64,000 nucleotides of DNA from Podarcis gaigeae (lineage: Eukaryota): assembly GCA_964106915.2 (NCBI GenBank), contig OZ066919.1, one strand, 5' to 3'. Every line of letters begins with the position of its first letter. Position 1 is the stretch's first letter. Under the pieces are notes generated by a model. That model worked only from the letters and a program-made list of their open reading frames with translations, was not told where the DNA came from and made no database searches. The position numbers and the translations under genes are program-made. Positions 62,719 through 64,000 of this stretch are shown piece by piece.

Positions 62719-64000
62719 CACCATGTCAGATCACCTCGTGTTGTTAAATCCCACAGTAAGATTCACTGAACATTCAGTCCCCTTTGAGGCTATATGTCTT
62801 GCCATGCAACTGCAAGGAATGTGTGCATGTTGAGAATTGGGGGGGGGGGTGTTACTTGAAGCAATGGTTTTAAGAGGAAATAAACAGAATTCTAATGTAC
62901 TAGAAAATGGATTTCAAAGCATAATTTATCCTGCAGGTTTCAGAAATATGGTAAAAAATATGGTAAAAACTGTACAAATAATTCTCTTGTCTCTCCGTCC
63001 CCCCAATTTGCATTGCTTCCCCCCACCTTTTTATGTGGACAATATAAGGAATTGCATGCTGCCTACACAAGGGTTAAGTGAAGTAGGGCCAAAGAACCCT
63101 ACTGCATATTGTACCTTCTTTTCTGAATTATTTCTTCTTGGACATGTAGCTTATGCTAAGGCCATGATCCTGTGCGCTGTACACACTGGGACTTCTATCT
63201 GAATAAACATGAATTGGACATGAAGAGGTTATATGCATCCCTTGGATTTATCACATTACTATACATAACACTATTACCCTGCGTCTCCCAAGCTTCCCTG
63301 GGAACATGCCTCATAGCATGTGCTTGTGTCTTGATCTTGTATTTTTATTTTTCTTGTGCTTTTCTCTTGTATTTATTTCATGACTAATGGCTAATGAAGC
63401 ACAGAATGTCAAGCGTAGAGAAAGGCTATTTATGGGCTACCAATGCAATCCCTGCAACTTCCAGTTATGTTGTCAAGTGTACCTTCATGTTACGAGGCAT
63501 CCCTGTGGTCTCTATTCTTAGCAGCTAATCATGGAAATAATTCTCTTCAGCATTACTGGCTTCTTGGCTTCAGAGGTTCGCCAGCTCTCCTGCTTACAGA
63601 GGCGATCAGCTTCCTGTCATTTGCCCCACCTGCAGAGAGTAACGGTACTAGATATCGTATCACTGCCCACTCCAGTATCTTTAAAGAGGCCCCCATTTCT
63701 GATGCTGTCACACCCATCATACTAATACTAAAGGTGATTACAGATGGTGTATGTTTTATGGTTAAAATGAAATGTAGAACAGTAATATCCTATGATGCCA
63801 CAGAACACGATTGAAGCCCTCAATTAATTCCTTGCGTGTGATTGCATAATTGTCTCTTTAAAATGGAGGCATAGGGTGCTGTATTGTCTCATCAATGCTA
63901 GGACTTTGTGTTCCCTATATTAATGCCTGCTGTTTAGTTCCACTCCTCAGTTTTATCGCTGTTTGTTCCTGTGTGTGCAGTTACTTGTACTTGCTAAAAT

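Overview
Eukaryotic genomic DNA from a squamate, most likely a lacertid lizard (inferred from Sauria SINEs, a tRNA-Lys/CR1-tail SINE and squamate-type L2, L1, CR1, Penelope, hAT and Tc1/mariner-type elements). The only recognisable host gene is CD34 on the + strand. Its coding exons 2-8 (6338-25602) can be reconstructed with canonical GT-AG boundaries and consistent phases, giving mucin, six-cysteine globular, transmembrane and ...HVVADTEL cytoplasmic parts; exon 1 (signal peptide) was not found and probably lies upstream of the window. The ~38 kb downstream has no recognisable host protein-coding gene. It contains a young 5'-truncated L1 with a 16-bp TSD, a multi-layer nested L2/MITE stack (50630-54890), and an orphan CpG-island promoter (~46130-47470) with candidate spliced exons. 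By mammalian synteny that promoter is the likely start of the miR-29b-2/29c host lncRNA, although no miR-29 hairpin was seen in the window. I found no convincing wholly new biological system. The best leads are the orphan promoter/lncRNA, an RFX X-box cluster, RUNX/ETS/GATA enhancer candidates, candidate routes to a truncated CD34 isoform, and a MITE family with shared ends but different, palindrome-built interiors. Family names come from pattern recognition, not database searches.
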